Part shown: positions 34,089 through 46,802 of the stretch, piece after piece
Layout: each line of letters opens with the position of its first letter
How positions within the stretch are numbered: the first letter of the stretch is position 1
Source of the DNA: Chromera velia
Taxonomy: Eukaryota
NCBI GenBank assembly: GCA_018398765.1
Contig: JAHBMJ010000020.1
Location: forward strand, 1-59,708
Reading direction: 5' to 3'
DNA length: 59,708 bases
The notes under the pieces: model-generated
What the model was told of the DNA's origin: nothing
The model's database searches: none
What the model saw: only the letters and a program-made list of their open reading frames with translations
Made by a program: the position numbers and the translations under genes

Positions 34089-36264
34089 GCAGGCATGCGC
34101 CCGTGAACAACAGACAAACAAACAGACAGACACACCCATGCACCCACTCACTTCCGGTTCGAGTTGAAGAAAGTCGTTGACGACCCTCGAGGCAGTCATC
34201 AGCACATCCCCCCCATGTCCCCCATACCCAGGTCCTCTGTTGTTCTTCTTTCTGCAGAGACAGTTAAATGCACTCACTCAGACAATTATGTCTTCATGTG
34301 TTACCCCAGTGTCAGTTGGCGCCTTCATGTATGCATGAACGGGACAGTTTCACTTGAATCGTAGAATGAAGAGCAAGAGCGTCAACAATAGAAAACACCA
34401 CATACCCCAGTCACTAGGTTACCTCTAGTTCCGGGACTGTGGACCAGTAGAACACCCTGATCGAGATAGCGAGGCCTCTCTGAACGTCTCTGTTCTTACA
34501 TCACGTCCCTTGATCGTCTCTCTACTCCTGTGCTCCCTCTGCATTCGGCTCGTCACACGTTTTTTTGGACTTTTCCATCTCTTTCTGTTTTCTCTACGTA
34601 TCCGACACATGCATCCCCCCCCACGTTTCTATTTCCACATCGACACACCTCTCCCTCCCCATGCATCTTTCTTTCTTTCTTTTGACTGGCCTGAACGCTC
34701 CCTTGACGAAGTTTGTGCATTTATTTTGTATGAAAAAGAACTTTGTATGAAAACAAATGCATTCAACTGACCTGAACGCTCCCTTGACGAAGTTCCCCCC
34801 ATTCCCGGCCTTGACGTCCATCCACATGCGGTCAACGAATGGCCTCTGGTGGCGAGGGAAGGACTCTGTGTCGTGGGATGTTATGACCTCCATCAAGTCC
34901 TTCTGCTGCTGCTGCCTCCTCGCATCCTCTTCCGATTCCATCTCACCAAATGATGACGAGGCTCTATTCAGACCTCCAGAGTCTCCCTTTGACTCTCCAG
35001 AGAGACTGCTGACACGACCTCTGAAAGCTTCCTTCCTCTTCTTCTTCATTCCACCCCTCCCGATTCCTCTGTCCCCCCCCTCTCGCGATAGAATTTCAAC
35101 TTCAACCTCTCCGTCTGACCCCCCATCCCTACCCTGATTCCCCGTTTCACTCTCTTCCTCCTCGGCTTCACCCATGGCAGCCTCCTCGTCAGAAGGCTCG
35201 TCAATGGAGATCAACGGAAGACCGGACGATAGTGCCCTTCTCTCAGTCTCTCTTTGAAACACCCCCGGCGCTTCGTCAAATATGTTCAGAGGCCTCTTTC
35301 TCGACAGATAAGCTTCTTCGTGCCCCCCTTGTTGAACGACAAACGACCGAGATGCATGCCGAAGTGACTGGCCCTCTTCCTCAACCCACTGTCCCCACAC
35401 TCTCTCTGTCTGTTTTTCAGTCCTGGCATCCTTCAATATTTCATCTTGGTTGTTCAATGGAAACGCACTTCTTTTAGGCATTGTTCCCCCCTCCTCCCCG
35501 GCGGCCGCGCCGGCACTGGCACCTTTCTCTTCCCGAAATCCTTCTTGCTCTTCTACATCTTCTATCTTCGTCTCCATCTGACCCGCCTCCTCCCTCCGTC
35601 TCGCCGTCTCCCTCTGCCACGAGGACTCCGCAGAGGGGCGGCCCCGGATGCCGTCGTCCCACTGGGGGTCCGAGGGGTCGAAGGGGAAGGCGCCGGGGGG
35701 GGAGGTGGAGGTGGGGGTCAGCCATTGAAAGGAGGGGGGAGGGGGGGCAGAGGAGGACGGCATGTCTGTGGAAGGAGAGAGACGAGCTGCTCTTCGTGCC
35801 CTTCTCCCTGCTCTTCTCCCTTCCCTTTGAGGTTCTTCTGTCACGTCTGGCTTCATTGGAATTCCCTCTGTTGGCATCGTATTATCACAACGTCCTCTTT
35901 CGCGTTCTCTAGCAGCCGCCTGTCCCTCTGGAAAGATCTCATGGTGAGACAGGGGAAGATTTTGGTGTGACTTTCCGGACACAGAGGCAGGAAGAGACGG
36001 CGGCGCGCCAACGGTTTTGCACGCCCACCCAGTGGAGCCCCCGGAATCTGCCCACTCGTCGCCATTATCAATGCCCTTCCTGTCTCCTCTCTGTTTACCT
36101 CCTGCCTCCTCCTCCAGCCTCCCTGACTGCTGCTGGCCTCTCGAGGAGACGGCACGGAGGGAGGGGGACGAGAAGAGAGACGAGTAGATTCGCCGTCTCG
36201 TCGGGTGACCGATGGAACTGGTGCTACGAAACGCAGAAGCTGCACATGTCGGCACGAAGCGCAT
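29278..36264 (-). CDS. obg: Obg/CgtA-family GTPase, multi-exon, with a long low-complexity N-terminal extension; possibly organellar
   Basis: The Obg fold reads FVDRMWMDVKAGNGGN | GYGGHGGDV | VPLGT | GGLGG. G1 VGLPNSGKSSL, G2 PFST, G3 DLPP, LRHLYRARTLLYVLD, G4 TKCD (about 30740) and G5 SAR. The start (first ATG 36264) and last exon (29278-29757) are tentative. Confidence 0.85.
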
Positions 36265-37009
36265 TTTCTGCACCTGCCCTTTACTGGCTGCTCTCTCGTC
36301 ATCCAATGCTCACAGGAATAGGCGCCAGCAAGATGCTCAGTCTGTTTGAGTCATGCATCCCGTCTCCGCCCGCATGCTTGACATTCATGTGTATCCTCTC
36401 ACACAATCATACAGGTTTTCTGCTCACCCACCAGCCGCCAAAGTTCAAATGAATGGAGAACAGCTGATTAGTCACTCGTCCCTCTCACTGGCTCCCGGTC
36501 GGGATGTTTTGTACGTCATGTGTTTTCGTGAAAGGGTTGTCCCTAGCTGCATGTTTACCCGAGCTGGAGAGCAAGGATGTAGACGGATTGTAGACGGGCG
36601 TCATTGGTCTTTTTTTGTAAGTGCCTCCCTTAAATAAACTTTCCGGGGCACTGATCCGACATTTCAATCCTTTCAGATCGATTCCTTTCAGTCCCCCAAA
36701 TTCAATGCGCATCGTTAATTCTTTCCGGGGCCACGCGCAAAGTCAGCTTTGTATATACATCTCTTCATGCCTCCTTCGATCAGCAACTTCTTCTTGCACA
36801 TCTGCACTTTGGAGCCTCAATTCGTCAGCCTTCCATAATACGACTGGAGTAGATGTTAGATTCCAGTAGCTCTCCCACTTTTCTATTCAGATTGCAAACG
36901 CCACGGGACACTTTCAAAAGCAGAACAGAAAGCCGAGCAGCGATTTGAACAACTGAGAGGAAAACGAGAAACACAAGAAGACTGAAGCCAAACCAGAAAG
37001 GCCGAGCCA

Positions 37010-40000
37010 ATGCCTTTCGGAGGCAACTTTCCCCAGTCGAATAGGCGGCTGACCTCGAGAGAGAAGGTCGAGCTGCTCGCCCAGGCTCTCAATGGACGGC
37101 CGTCAGTCACCATGCGCCTTTCACTCGCATGCATGCGTGTTTGTCCCGCTGGTGTCTGACTGCATGACCTCCTAATGTGTTCTACCTTGTTTGCCTGCAG
37201 CCAAGACTTCTCTGCAGGAGAGCTACTGAAGAATCTGGCCCAAGTTGCCAAGAGAGAGGAAAACCGGGTCGTCAATGGAGAAGTCGGCAGAGAGGAAAGT
37301 CAGTCTATATGCATGCAGGGCGAAGGAAAAAGTGTCTGACCTTTTGTTTGGTCTGCTTGCCATCTCTACTGGTTCAGGGGTTTGACGAATACAGTTCACA
37401 GAAGAACACTCTTCATTCCAGCAAGCCGACAGTGGTCAAGACAAAAGTTCAAAGAGTGGGCAAGTCTCCATTTGACAGAATGGTGCAACGTAAATATATA
37501 CGAGGCGTATGTTGGCGTATGTACACATAGAAACCCCTCCCCCCTGCCCTCATGTATGAGCAGGGCTGGCGGTTGCCCACTTGAAGATCAGCTCCCTTCT
37601 CTCTGAGCTTGGACACTCGGAGCAGGCAAAGAGGCACGCAGAAAAGGTACGTCAGCAGTGCCTGAAGGAAGGCACAGCAGAGTTTCTTTCTTTTCTGCCC
37701 GAGCTAGGAGGTTCCTTCCACCCTGGGCGAAGATGCCTCCTGCTCTCTGCCAGCGTGCATATATGTGTACATGTGTGGATGATTCTTGTTTTTGATCTCC
37801 TTTTTGCCAATCGGAATGCCCCCCTGCCTGCCCCTCTTTCTTCACCCCTTTCATGTGTCTGCATTCATTCCTGCAGGCAGTGGTCGTCTTGGAGACCTAC
37901 ATCGCCTCCCTGTGCGGACAGCCAGTGGGGTACAAAGCCAAAGTGTCCAGAGAGGTGACGGCGATCCAAAAGAGGACAAGAAGGATATCCACAGCGGGGC
38001 CGGCAGACGCCCTGCCCCACAACCTTCCTGACACTGTGCAGGCACGCACACTGGCCACACTCGGACAGGCTCAGGACAACTTGGCAGTCGAGTGCCTCAA
38101 AAATGTACGTGAGGGAGGTGTCTTGTGCTGTTTTTGATATATGCTTGTGAGGACAACCCAAAACAAGTGTGAGGGAGTAAGGGGATAGAAATTAAATTTC
38201 TCCGGGGGGTCTCTTCGTTCCCTTCCCTCCCTGTTGAGTGCATTCTCCTTCTACCAAGGCGACCGGTTTCTGTCTTTCTTTTTTCTTTCTTTCATCACTC
38301 TCTCTCCTTCGTCGAGCTTCTTTTCTCCGTGTTCTTCTTCTTCCTGTGCATTGTTTTAGTACGCCGTTCGCCTCTCTTCTCGGCAACATGCGTGCAGGGT
38401 CAAACCGATCTGGCTGCCCGTCTCCTCCAGTCGGCTATGCGGTGTGTGAGAAGTGCATACAACGGTCTTGACTGGCGAGTGGCGTCTCTGGCTGAGAGGG
38501 TGGGCGCAGTGATCGAATGCCTCCAAACCAACGGAGTGCCTCCCCATCTTCAACGAATGAATATCGACTTTGGGGGAGAGGGGGAGGAGGCGGGGGACGA
38601 GCCCGACGTGTTCAGCCCGATGCCCGAGGATGCAGATGAGAGGCGGCCTAGGTTTCTTCCAGTGGGAGAAGGGAGCAGGGTGGTGGCGGAGAAGGGTCCT
38701 TTGAAATTAAATGGACAGTTCTTTCACCTGTGGGCAGAACTAACCGAGCTAACAAAGGAACAGAGGGAGAGGGAGGCAGAAGGGAAAGCCCCGGAGGACC
38801 AGAGCTCACTTGCCCTCAAGGCGTGTGTGGTGAAACCGTCACGGTGGGCATTCCCCGAGGGCGGAGCAGAAAAGGGAACGGAGCACACACCGACGGGTTT
38901 TGATGCCCCTGAGGGTGGTGAAGTCTGGTGTCTTCAGATTACCGATATCGAGGCTTCTTTGATGCTTCGAAATTTCTTTGAATTTGCGCAACACCCAAAG
39001 GCGCCAGTAAGCAATCCTGATCAATATTTCGCTGGTTTTTTTGACTTCATTATTTCCCGATTGGTCCTCCTTCCTGACCCCTCAGCCCACTCAAACGACG
39101 AAAACACCAGACAACAAACTGCCTCAAGTGGGGGGGAGAGGGGGGAGAAAAAGAAGACTACGCACTTTGAGAAAGAAAAGGACCTCAACGGGTTGCGTCT
39201 TGAATTGGATCTTCCTGGTTTTTTCTCGCGTGCGTCATCCCCTGCGGCGCGCCCTCTCTCACCAGGCATTTCCCTTTCCCCGAGCCCATCCAGGGCGGCG
39301 GCGCAGAGACCCACCAAACCGGATGGCTCTCCCCGCATTCTTCTTCACCCTCCGGGAGAGAATCAGGAAGAAGGGGGGGAGGAAGGGAAAGGCAAAGAGG
39401 GTGGGGGGTTTCTCACTGTGTTCACTCCCGCGGGGGAAGGAGGGGAATCTTCCATTTCTCCGTCTCCGTCTCCCTCAGTGACTCCCGCACCCTCAAGGGG
39501 GGAGAAGGGGAATGGTTCTCCTGCAAGTCACTCACCTGCAGAGTGGCTAGAGGCTCTGAGAAACACACCCGATTTGCGACATCTTGCACCCCGCACGGCC
39601 CCTGTGTGTGTGTCCAAATCCGTCTCCCTCCCCACCCTCTCCCAAGACCATCCAACCTCCCAGGGTCTCAAATCCGCTCTCCGCACGGCTCCACAAACCC
39701 ACCAAGGACTTACCCGAGCAGGCACCGCACCCACCGGAATATCCACACAGCCGATTACGCGTACCGGCTCCACCCCGGCCCTGGTGGACCCGCAGTCCTT
39801 CTCGGCCCGCCAGGTCCGATCTCGAGCGATGCCATTTGCAATCCCGGCAGAGACGGCCTCCCGTCTCCTGGAGGCCAACGCAAGGGCAGGGAAGTCGGTG
39901 TTCACGAAGGGGGGGCCCTCCCACATCGCGGTTCCGCTCAATCATATCTGCACGTACACCTGCAAGTCAGTCCGATCGTCCGGCAGTCAAATTGTTAGAC

Positions 40001-42287
40001 AAAGATAAAGAAAGACAGACAGACAGATAGATAGAGAGATGGATAGATAGACAGATAGATAGGCACGGAGAGAGATAGGCAGGCAGTCGTACAGATAGAC
40101 AACTATAATTTGAGTGGGAAAAAAACAGGCGTTGATTGAATGATGGCATCCACGCACAAACGCATCTCAAGCCAACAGACAGGCAAACAGCCGTCCCGAC
40201 AAGCCGCCAGAAAAGCCGCCAGATGAGGCAGGTATCCTTTCCAATCTCTCAAAATTTCCCATGCAAACTCTCCCGTTTCCTCTGCAGGCACTCCAAGGGT
40301 GTGATGATTCGTGTGGGTGGTCTTCTCCATGCTGAGCGTTTCATCTCAGACAGGAAGCTCGCCAAGAGGGACCGAGACGCGATGGAGCGAATGATGCGGG
40401 AGTACCAGAGGAGGCTGCAGCACAAGTACTCGTGGCTCTGGCCCCCTGAGCCCTCAAGGAGATGGGGGGAGAAGAAAATCTCTAGGGGGGGACCTCTCAG
40501 CCAGGGGGTCAAAAATATTCCCCAAGTGAAGGTGGGTGCAATGCTGTCGCATTGAATGTGCCACTGTGAATTCGTCTCTCTGTTTTTGTCTTCGTGTGTG
40601 GTTGTCCGGCTTTCTCTCTGTCTGTCTGTCTGACTGTCTTGATTTCTGTCTGTAGCTCTATTTCATTGCCAATCAAATTTTTCCGGTGAGCTCCTTCAGC
40701 TGTGTATGCCCATTTGAAGATCTCAATTTCGATGGGTCGTTGGTGAAGCATCTCAGGAGAGGATCTGCAGCCGTCCTGTCTCTCTTTCCGTGACAACGTT
40801 TTTTTCCTCCCTCCTTTCCGATTTCAATGAAGATCGTTCCGCTTCTCTCTGAGGCCCTGATTCACTTGGCCTCTCTGGTCGCACTTGCCCCAAGATGCGT
40901 GTTTGTTTGTGTCCCATGTTTCCTCGCAGAAGGTGTTTTCTCGAGGGGCCGGCAGCTCTTGGGGCGGTGCGTCTTCCTCTGTGATGGGGACCGTTGTTGA
41001 GAGGGCAGAGCGTACGGAGAGGCAGGGCCGTTTCTTCGCAAAGAAGCACCCACCTGGGTGGTCTGCCCGGATGGACAGGGAGTTCATGAAGGAGGCCGAG
41101 AGGGAAAACTTTTGGGACTACGGGGGGGTGGGGCACTGGGAGGAGACCTACCTAGCTAGCAGAAAGGGGGGGTGGACTAACTTGGAGACTAGGTCTGCTC
41201 TGTACAGGCTGATCAGCAGACGGCAGTCCTTCATTGAGGGAGGAGACAGGGGAGGAGACGTCGTGAGACATCCGGGTGAGTTCAGGAAGGGGGAGAGGGA
41301 GTATGGGAGGGGGCGGCAGGGGTCGTCAGAGAGGGATCAGATAGAGGCAGAGGGGGGTGCATCGACGTCTATACCCGCAAAAACGTCATGTCAACAGATT
41401 AAGGACCTTTGCTTGTTTTACACTCTTCATAAGTAAGCTTTTCAATTTGACTCTTCTCTGAGCATGTGTCTCCATCTAAATTGTGGCTCCGTTGGACTCA
41501 ATAAAGTCGATTGCTCAAATGAATGCGCACATGGCTTTCTTCGTGCCCCCCCGTGTCGCTTGCAGAGCATTCATGCGAAACAAGTGTCCTCTGTGCTTGT
41601 GCGTGGTTGACTCGCTGTCTGTCTCTCTTCATTTGTTTTGTTTTGCAGCCGCAAATGCCGAGAGAGATTGGCGAAATGTCCTCCGAGGGGGGACTTTGCA
41701 TTGGCCTCCTGGTCAGCTGGAGTTGGGGGAATTGACAATTTAGCAGAGGGAGTGGAGGAAGGACGGGATTTGACTGTGCAGGTGGTCTGAGAGCTTTGAG
41801 ATTCGACCCTCTCGACCTCTATGCCTGCACATGTTTATACACATATGTCTCCTACTCGTTCTAGCTGTGCATGTTCTGCAGGGCCCTTTTGTCTCATACT
41901 CTCACCCTTGTCCACCGTTGTGTTTCTGCTCCTTCAAACACAACCCTTAGAGCCTCCTCCTCATTCCTCCGTCTTCTCTTTGATGTCGCTGCAGTCGACC
42001 GTCTGGGGTCCACACACACTGCGACTCTCCGGAAGAAGCCGCGCGTTGCCGAGACCAACCGAGATGACAACGATAGCGATGCCGGTCTTCCCCAAGGAGC
42101 CCTGCACAGGTCGGGCACTCGGAATCAGCTGAACGAGACCTTCGTTGACGATTCCCCTTTCGCAATTTCAAAGGGACGGGGGGTGAACACACCCAAGGTC
42201 GAGAGCACCCCTTACATGTCTCGGAGGATCTCTCTGATCCATTCAGGGTCTCTGGGAACTTTGCCAGGAAGAGGGGGATCAGCGTGA
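37010..42287 (+). CDS. Hypothetical multi-exon protein with TPR-like helical segments and a Ser/Pro-rich region
   Basis: GT-AG bounded coding blocks at about 37010-37101, 37201-37298, 37564-37647, 37877-38104, 38398-39952, 40288-40531, 40932-41275 and 41994-42287. AVAHLKISSLLSELGHSEQAKRHAEK is TPR-like. The exon chain is not fully resolved. Confidence 0.6.
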
Positions 42288-42861
42288 AAGATTGATTCAG
42301 AACTGCATGCGATCATCAAAAGGTATTGCACTGCCTTTGATGGAAATGGTGCGCAGCACAGTGAAGGCACTTCATCTTCATGGAAGCTTTACATTAAATT
42401 ACATAGGTTTTTTTTTTTTTGAATAAGGAAGTGCACAAAATCTTATGGTTTGGTCCATTGTGTTAATGCTGCGAACAGTAGAGATAAACCATGAAAATAA
42501 AACTTCTTTTCATTGATAAAACTAATTAATTTAGAAAAACAAAATGATAGTATATCTACTATGTTACTTATTTTCTTAGTCTTGTTACTTAATATGTTAG
42601 TTCCTAAGGTTGATTCACTTTTTTAGTGGTTTTATATTTTGAAGCTATAGATCGTAACACATTGTAATTAATTAGAATAATGACTATAATCTAGACTGTG
42701 CTATAGATTTATAGTTCAGGGCTCTAGACTGTGCTCTAGAGTAGACTCAGAAATACAGTTGAGAGCTAACTTGAAGCCTAGCTTGAAGCCTTCAATTAAC
42801 ATCCCACACAAACATCTAGTATGGAACTTTAAATCTAAACAGTGACAGTCAATATAGTGCT

Positions 42862-42920
42862 TGAAATGAAATGAAATGAAATGAAAGTTTGGCTTTGCTA
42901 GAGTGGAGCCAAGCTCCCAG
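42862..42920 (-). mobile_element. Possible LINE/SINE 3' end with a (TTTCA)5 tail
   Basis: The minus strand reads GGGAGCTTGGCTCCACT...(TTTCA)5. This resembles GGGAGTTCTAACTCCACT...(ATCA)n at the end of the 26389-26836 insert. Confidence 0.35.
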
Positions 42921-43297
42921 CAGTCCATGTTCATGCAAGAGATCGTCAATCACTCAACTCTAGAGACAAAGCTAAGCGCGAGATCCCCCTGAAATGCCTG
43001 CTTAGTGAGCTTAAGGACGGCATGCGTATTGCTAGGCACGTTGAAGGTGACAATAGAAGAAGACGAAAAGATCGCGGTCATATAGAAACAGGCGCTAAAG
43101 CAAGCGTGCACAGTAAGTAACAAAGATCGCAAACGGCTCTGCATGCTTTATATGGATCGATTTGAAAGCCGAAAGCAGTACTTGCTTCCATTTCGGCTGC
43201 ATTCGATCCCTCAATCCCTTCTGAATCTTTTGAGCAGAAGATGAGCAGTTTAATGAATGGAAGCATGACAAGAATACTGTCAGAATGAGACCAAAAA

Positions 43298-43702
43298 CTA
43301 GGCGTCGGCTAAAGAAAAAAAAAAAAAGATCCTCCCAAATGTTTTACTTTTTTTTTTCTTTTTTCTTTTTCAATCAAACAACTGTTGTTCAAGTGTTGCA
43401 CAGGTGTTGTTGACGTATTGCACAACTGTTGTTAGGTGTTGTTAAGGGTAAAAAAGTAAAAAAGCGTAAAAAAGAAAGAAAAAAAAAAAGATCTCCTCTG
43501 ATCGTATACTTTTTTTCTTTTTTTTTTTTTTTCTTTAGCCGACGCCTAGTACCCTTAACAACACCTAACAACAGTTGTGCAATACGTCAACAACACCTGT
43601 GCAACACTTGAACAACAGTTGTTTGATTGAAAAAGAAAAAAGAAAAAAAAAAGTAAAACATTTGGGAGGATCTTTTTTTTTTTTTCTTTAGCCGACGCCT
43701 AG
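43298..43702. mobile_element. MITE (43298-43549) plus an adjacent inverted copy of its left 153 bp (43550-43702)
   Basis: TIRs CTAGGCGTCGGCTAAAGAAAA and TTTTCTTTAGCCGACGCCTAG. 43550-43702 is the reverse complement of 43298-43450. Confidence 0.85.
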
Positions 43703-44884
43703 ACCGGTGAAAACAACTAAAACAGACAGCCTTAAGTCAGAACTATGTCACAAAGCTTATGTCGACTTCCTTTCCTTCTTTTTTACGCCCTTTCTCCTCC
43801 AAAATTTGGAGCAGCACAGCCCATGCGTGAACCGCTCGAGCTACTAAAAGGAAATGAACATCAACTTCCTGCGACTTAATTACTAAATGCGGAAGCTACC
43901 AAAATTATATCAAAAATCTCGAATGATAGACAATGGAATCTAAATAAAAAGTGTTCTGTGCTGTCTTTACAGCCTACACGTCAGCTAGCATCTTAGATGT
44001 CACAGTGGGTATGGCATATCCCACTTTAGCACCATAGGGCTAGCCGCGGGGGGCCAGGGTATATATTTGATGCTTAAAGTACGCGGATCGATATTTCATA
44101 AAAAGATAGTTTAATTTATTCTTTTCTTAAAATTTCTTCTTCTGTCTGGTTGTATGACGATCAATTCCTCTAGGCCTGGACTTACTTGCTAGCTTACTTG
44201 GGCTGACACGCTATTCAAAGTTCGGGATTATGATTTATATATGTAGATTTTGTCTTCCTGGTGCCAAGTCTAGACTGCACTAGTACAATTTTAACAGCTA
44301 GCTCAGTACACAACAGCTAGAAAGTTATATAATAGAAACCTCGATAGAAACATTATCTAGAACAGTCTTTAAATTGTAAACATACTACTGATGTCAGTGC
44401 AACTTTTGAACTTAGGTCACGTTTCCATATACGTTTTCACATGATCGATGCCAAGTCTATATTTTTTTTATTTAGTTCACTTAGATAATAGTGCTAGTTC
44501 ACCATGTATGTCTTATATTGAATCGGCGGCGGGGGACAATCATTGTCAATCAAACCATAGAGAGGCTGAGAAAGCTCTGTCACTATAGCTCTGTGGCAAA
44601 CCCGTCAAAGAAGCAACCAGCCAACCGATCTCCTTCCCCGGGCCTCGAGCCTGGGGACTCCTGGCCATTTTTCTCCCTCTTTCCTTCTTTCGTTCCGCCA
44701 TTCCGGCCTTCGAAGCTTTTCTGGTGACCCGCGTGGATGCACAGAACCCCCATCCCGCCCACCGATCAAGACCTCGCCGGGTAACTTACCCTCCACCGCC
44801 CTCCAGGAGGGGGTTCTCTCTAGGGGTTCTCTACAAAATTCCCCCCCAGATTCCCCCCACCCCCGATTCCGAAGCTCCACACAA

Positions 44885-46024
44885 CTACCCCCCGAACAAC
44901 ATCACCATCCCCCAGTCCTCCAAAGAACAATCACAGACAACAGGTCCGATCACTCCACCCTCTCTTGCACCCCCCCCCTTTGCTTCTACGTCCTTCTGGA
45001 CGGCTGAACCAAATCCTACCCACGCTCTCCTCAGTTTCTCTCTGATTTCCGCCATCTCCTCAGACTCCTCTGCCGGCATCTGCTGAGGCAGAGCCGGCCA
45101 CCAGCCTGAGGACTCGAGCCGATCGATCCAGTCAACCAGACGAGAAAGGACGTCGACAAACGCAGCATCCGAGTCAACCCAACCCCTTTCGTCGTCAAGC
45201 TTCCTTATCACACGGGTGTGAGAGTAGACGGAACCAAATGCCCCCCCCGCCCTGCTTGGCCAGTCCCCCGCAAGAAGTGCCCGACATATGTATATATTTG
45301 ACATGTCCACTTGCTCTGGCCGAGGCGCTGATTGAAAGCGCCGAACACCAACCACCTCTTCCCAGTCGTCCCCGTTGGAGAGACGAACAAAGGATTCCGA
45401 ATAGTCGCAGTGTCCTATGACAAGGCTGGAAAACCACATCCTCCCTTTAATCGCGAATTCTTCCTTAAACTTCGACCAGAAGTCTTCCAACTCCGCATAC
45501 GACTTGAAACCTTCCACGCCATAAAGGTCAAAATCTTCTTCATCAAAATGTGCCCATGTGGGAATATTGGGATCCTCATCAAGACCCCCACCGATTGTCT
45601 TGATGAGTTGTGAAAAAATAAAGACGTACTCTAGCGGATAAGTCAGGGCTTCATCCTTCCATTCCTTCGCCAGAGCCTTCACACTCAATGAAGGCAGCGG
45701 CGTAGACGGAGCTTCAAACAGAAGCCGTGCAGGACCACTACGCATTCTGGCTGCAAGTTCGATGCACCGACGAGTGTTGTGGTCGGTCTGCTCAGGCAAG
45801 GGAAGTCCCTTTGCCTTGTACATTTTGGCGAGAGTTGCGAGAACGTCCAGTTGTTCAAGATTGCTCAGTCCCCAAAACACCCGCAGTCTGTCCATGACTT
45901 CCGAACTGCGAACTGTGTCCCTGCCAGCCTTGTTTGTCAAAGACAATCCGAAAAAGAGTGAAAGACCCAGAAATTCCCACAGAGGGAGATGGTGAAACGT
46001 GGGATCCAAAAGCTCGGTTAGCAT
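44885..46024 (-). CDS. Hypothetical protein of 379 aa, intronless ORF, with a weakly F-box-like N-terminus
   Basis: Long ATG-initiated ORF of globular composition. LPLWEFLGLSLFFGLSLTNK resembles the second half of an F-box. Confidence 0.65.
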   Translation of the reverse strand: MLTELLDPTFHHLPLWEFLGLSLFFGLSLTNKAGRDTVRSSEVMDRLRVFWGLSNLEQLDVLATLAKMYKAKGLPLPEQTDHNTRRCIELAARMRSGPARLLFEAPSTPLPSLSVKALAKEWKDEALTYPLEYVFIFSQLIKTIGGGLDEDPNIPTWAHFDEEDFDLYGVEGFKSYAELEDFWSKFKEEFAIKGRMWFSSLVIGHCDYSESFVRLSNGDDWEEVVGVRRFQSAPRPEQVDMSNIYICRALLAGDWPSRAGGAFGSVYSHTRVIRKLDDERGWVDSDAAFVDVLSRLVDWIDRLESSGWWPALPQQMPAEESEEMAEIREKLRRAWVGFGSAVQKDVEAKGGGAREGGVIGPVVCDCSLEDWGMVMLFGG

Positions 46025-46802
46025 TCTATCGATACCCAGAAACTTGTATGAGTGGGAGACCGGTCGCAGTTTACTGACACTGGAGACAGGAGACGGTCTA
46101 CGGAAGTGAAGTGAAGTGCGTGATGCATACGGGCGGCACCGTCTTTCTTGAAGTGCTCATGATCGAGTCATGCAGTGACATGCACTGGACGATCGACGCA
46201 CGATGCATGGAATCTCTTGGTGTCATGCAGAAACCGTCGATGTCTGTCGATCGATCAGAAACCTTCAGAAACGGCTTTCGGTCCTGTCATAGGCTATCAA
46301 ATTTTGGCCGAATTTCGAGTCATTTTGCATGTCAAGATATGTCAAGTTTTTCAAGTCACTGCCCCACACTACGCTTTCCGGGGCCATTCTATAAGGATCT
46401 CCGAGATTCTTCCTGACTCTCTCATGACTCTCTCAATGACTCTCATAGTCTCTCCGACAATGGCGTACATTGAATTACTACATTCTCACTTTCTCAAACT
46501 CTAAATTCTCTCTCAGTAAATCAGTAAAGGTCCTTGAGGGGCCAATCAATGAGTCTCCGTCACCTGATTGAGCGACACTCTCGCTCGTGACTTCCTAGCT
46601 CCCGTCTCGTGTGTGGTTTTGATCACTTGTCAAGCCACCCAGTTCTGTTCTGACTGCCCTCTCTTTGTCGACCTAAAGAGTAGCGAGACAGACAAGTCTG
46701 GAGCTCTTTTTTAAAGGGGGAAAGGGACACGAAGGAATCTGCACAACAAAAGAAAAAGGCAAAGAAAGGATTTGAACAGAGTACGACTTCCAAGAGAACA
46801 AA

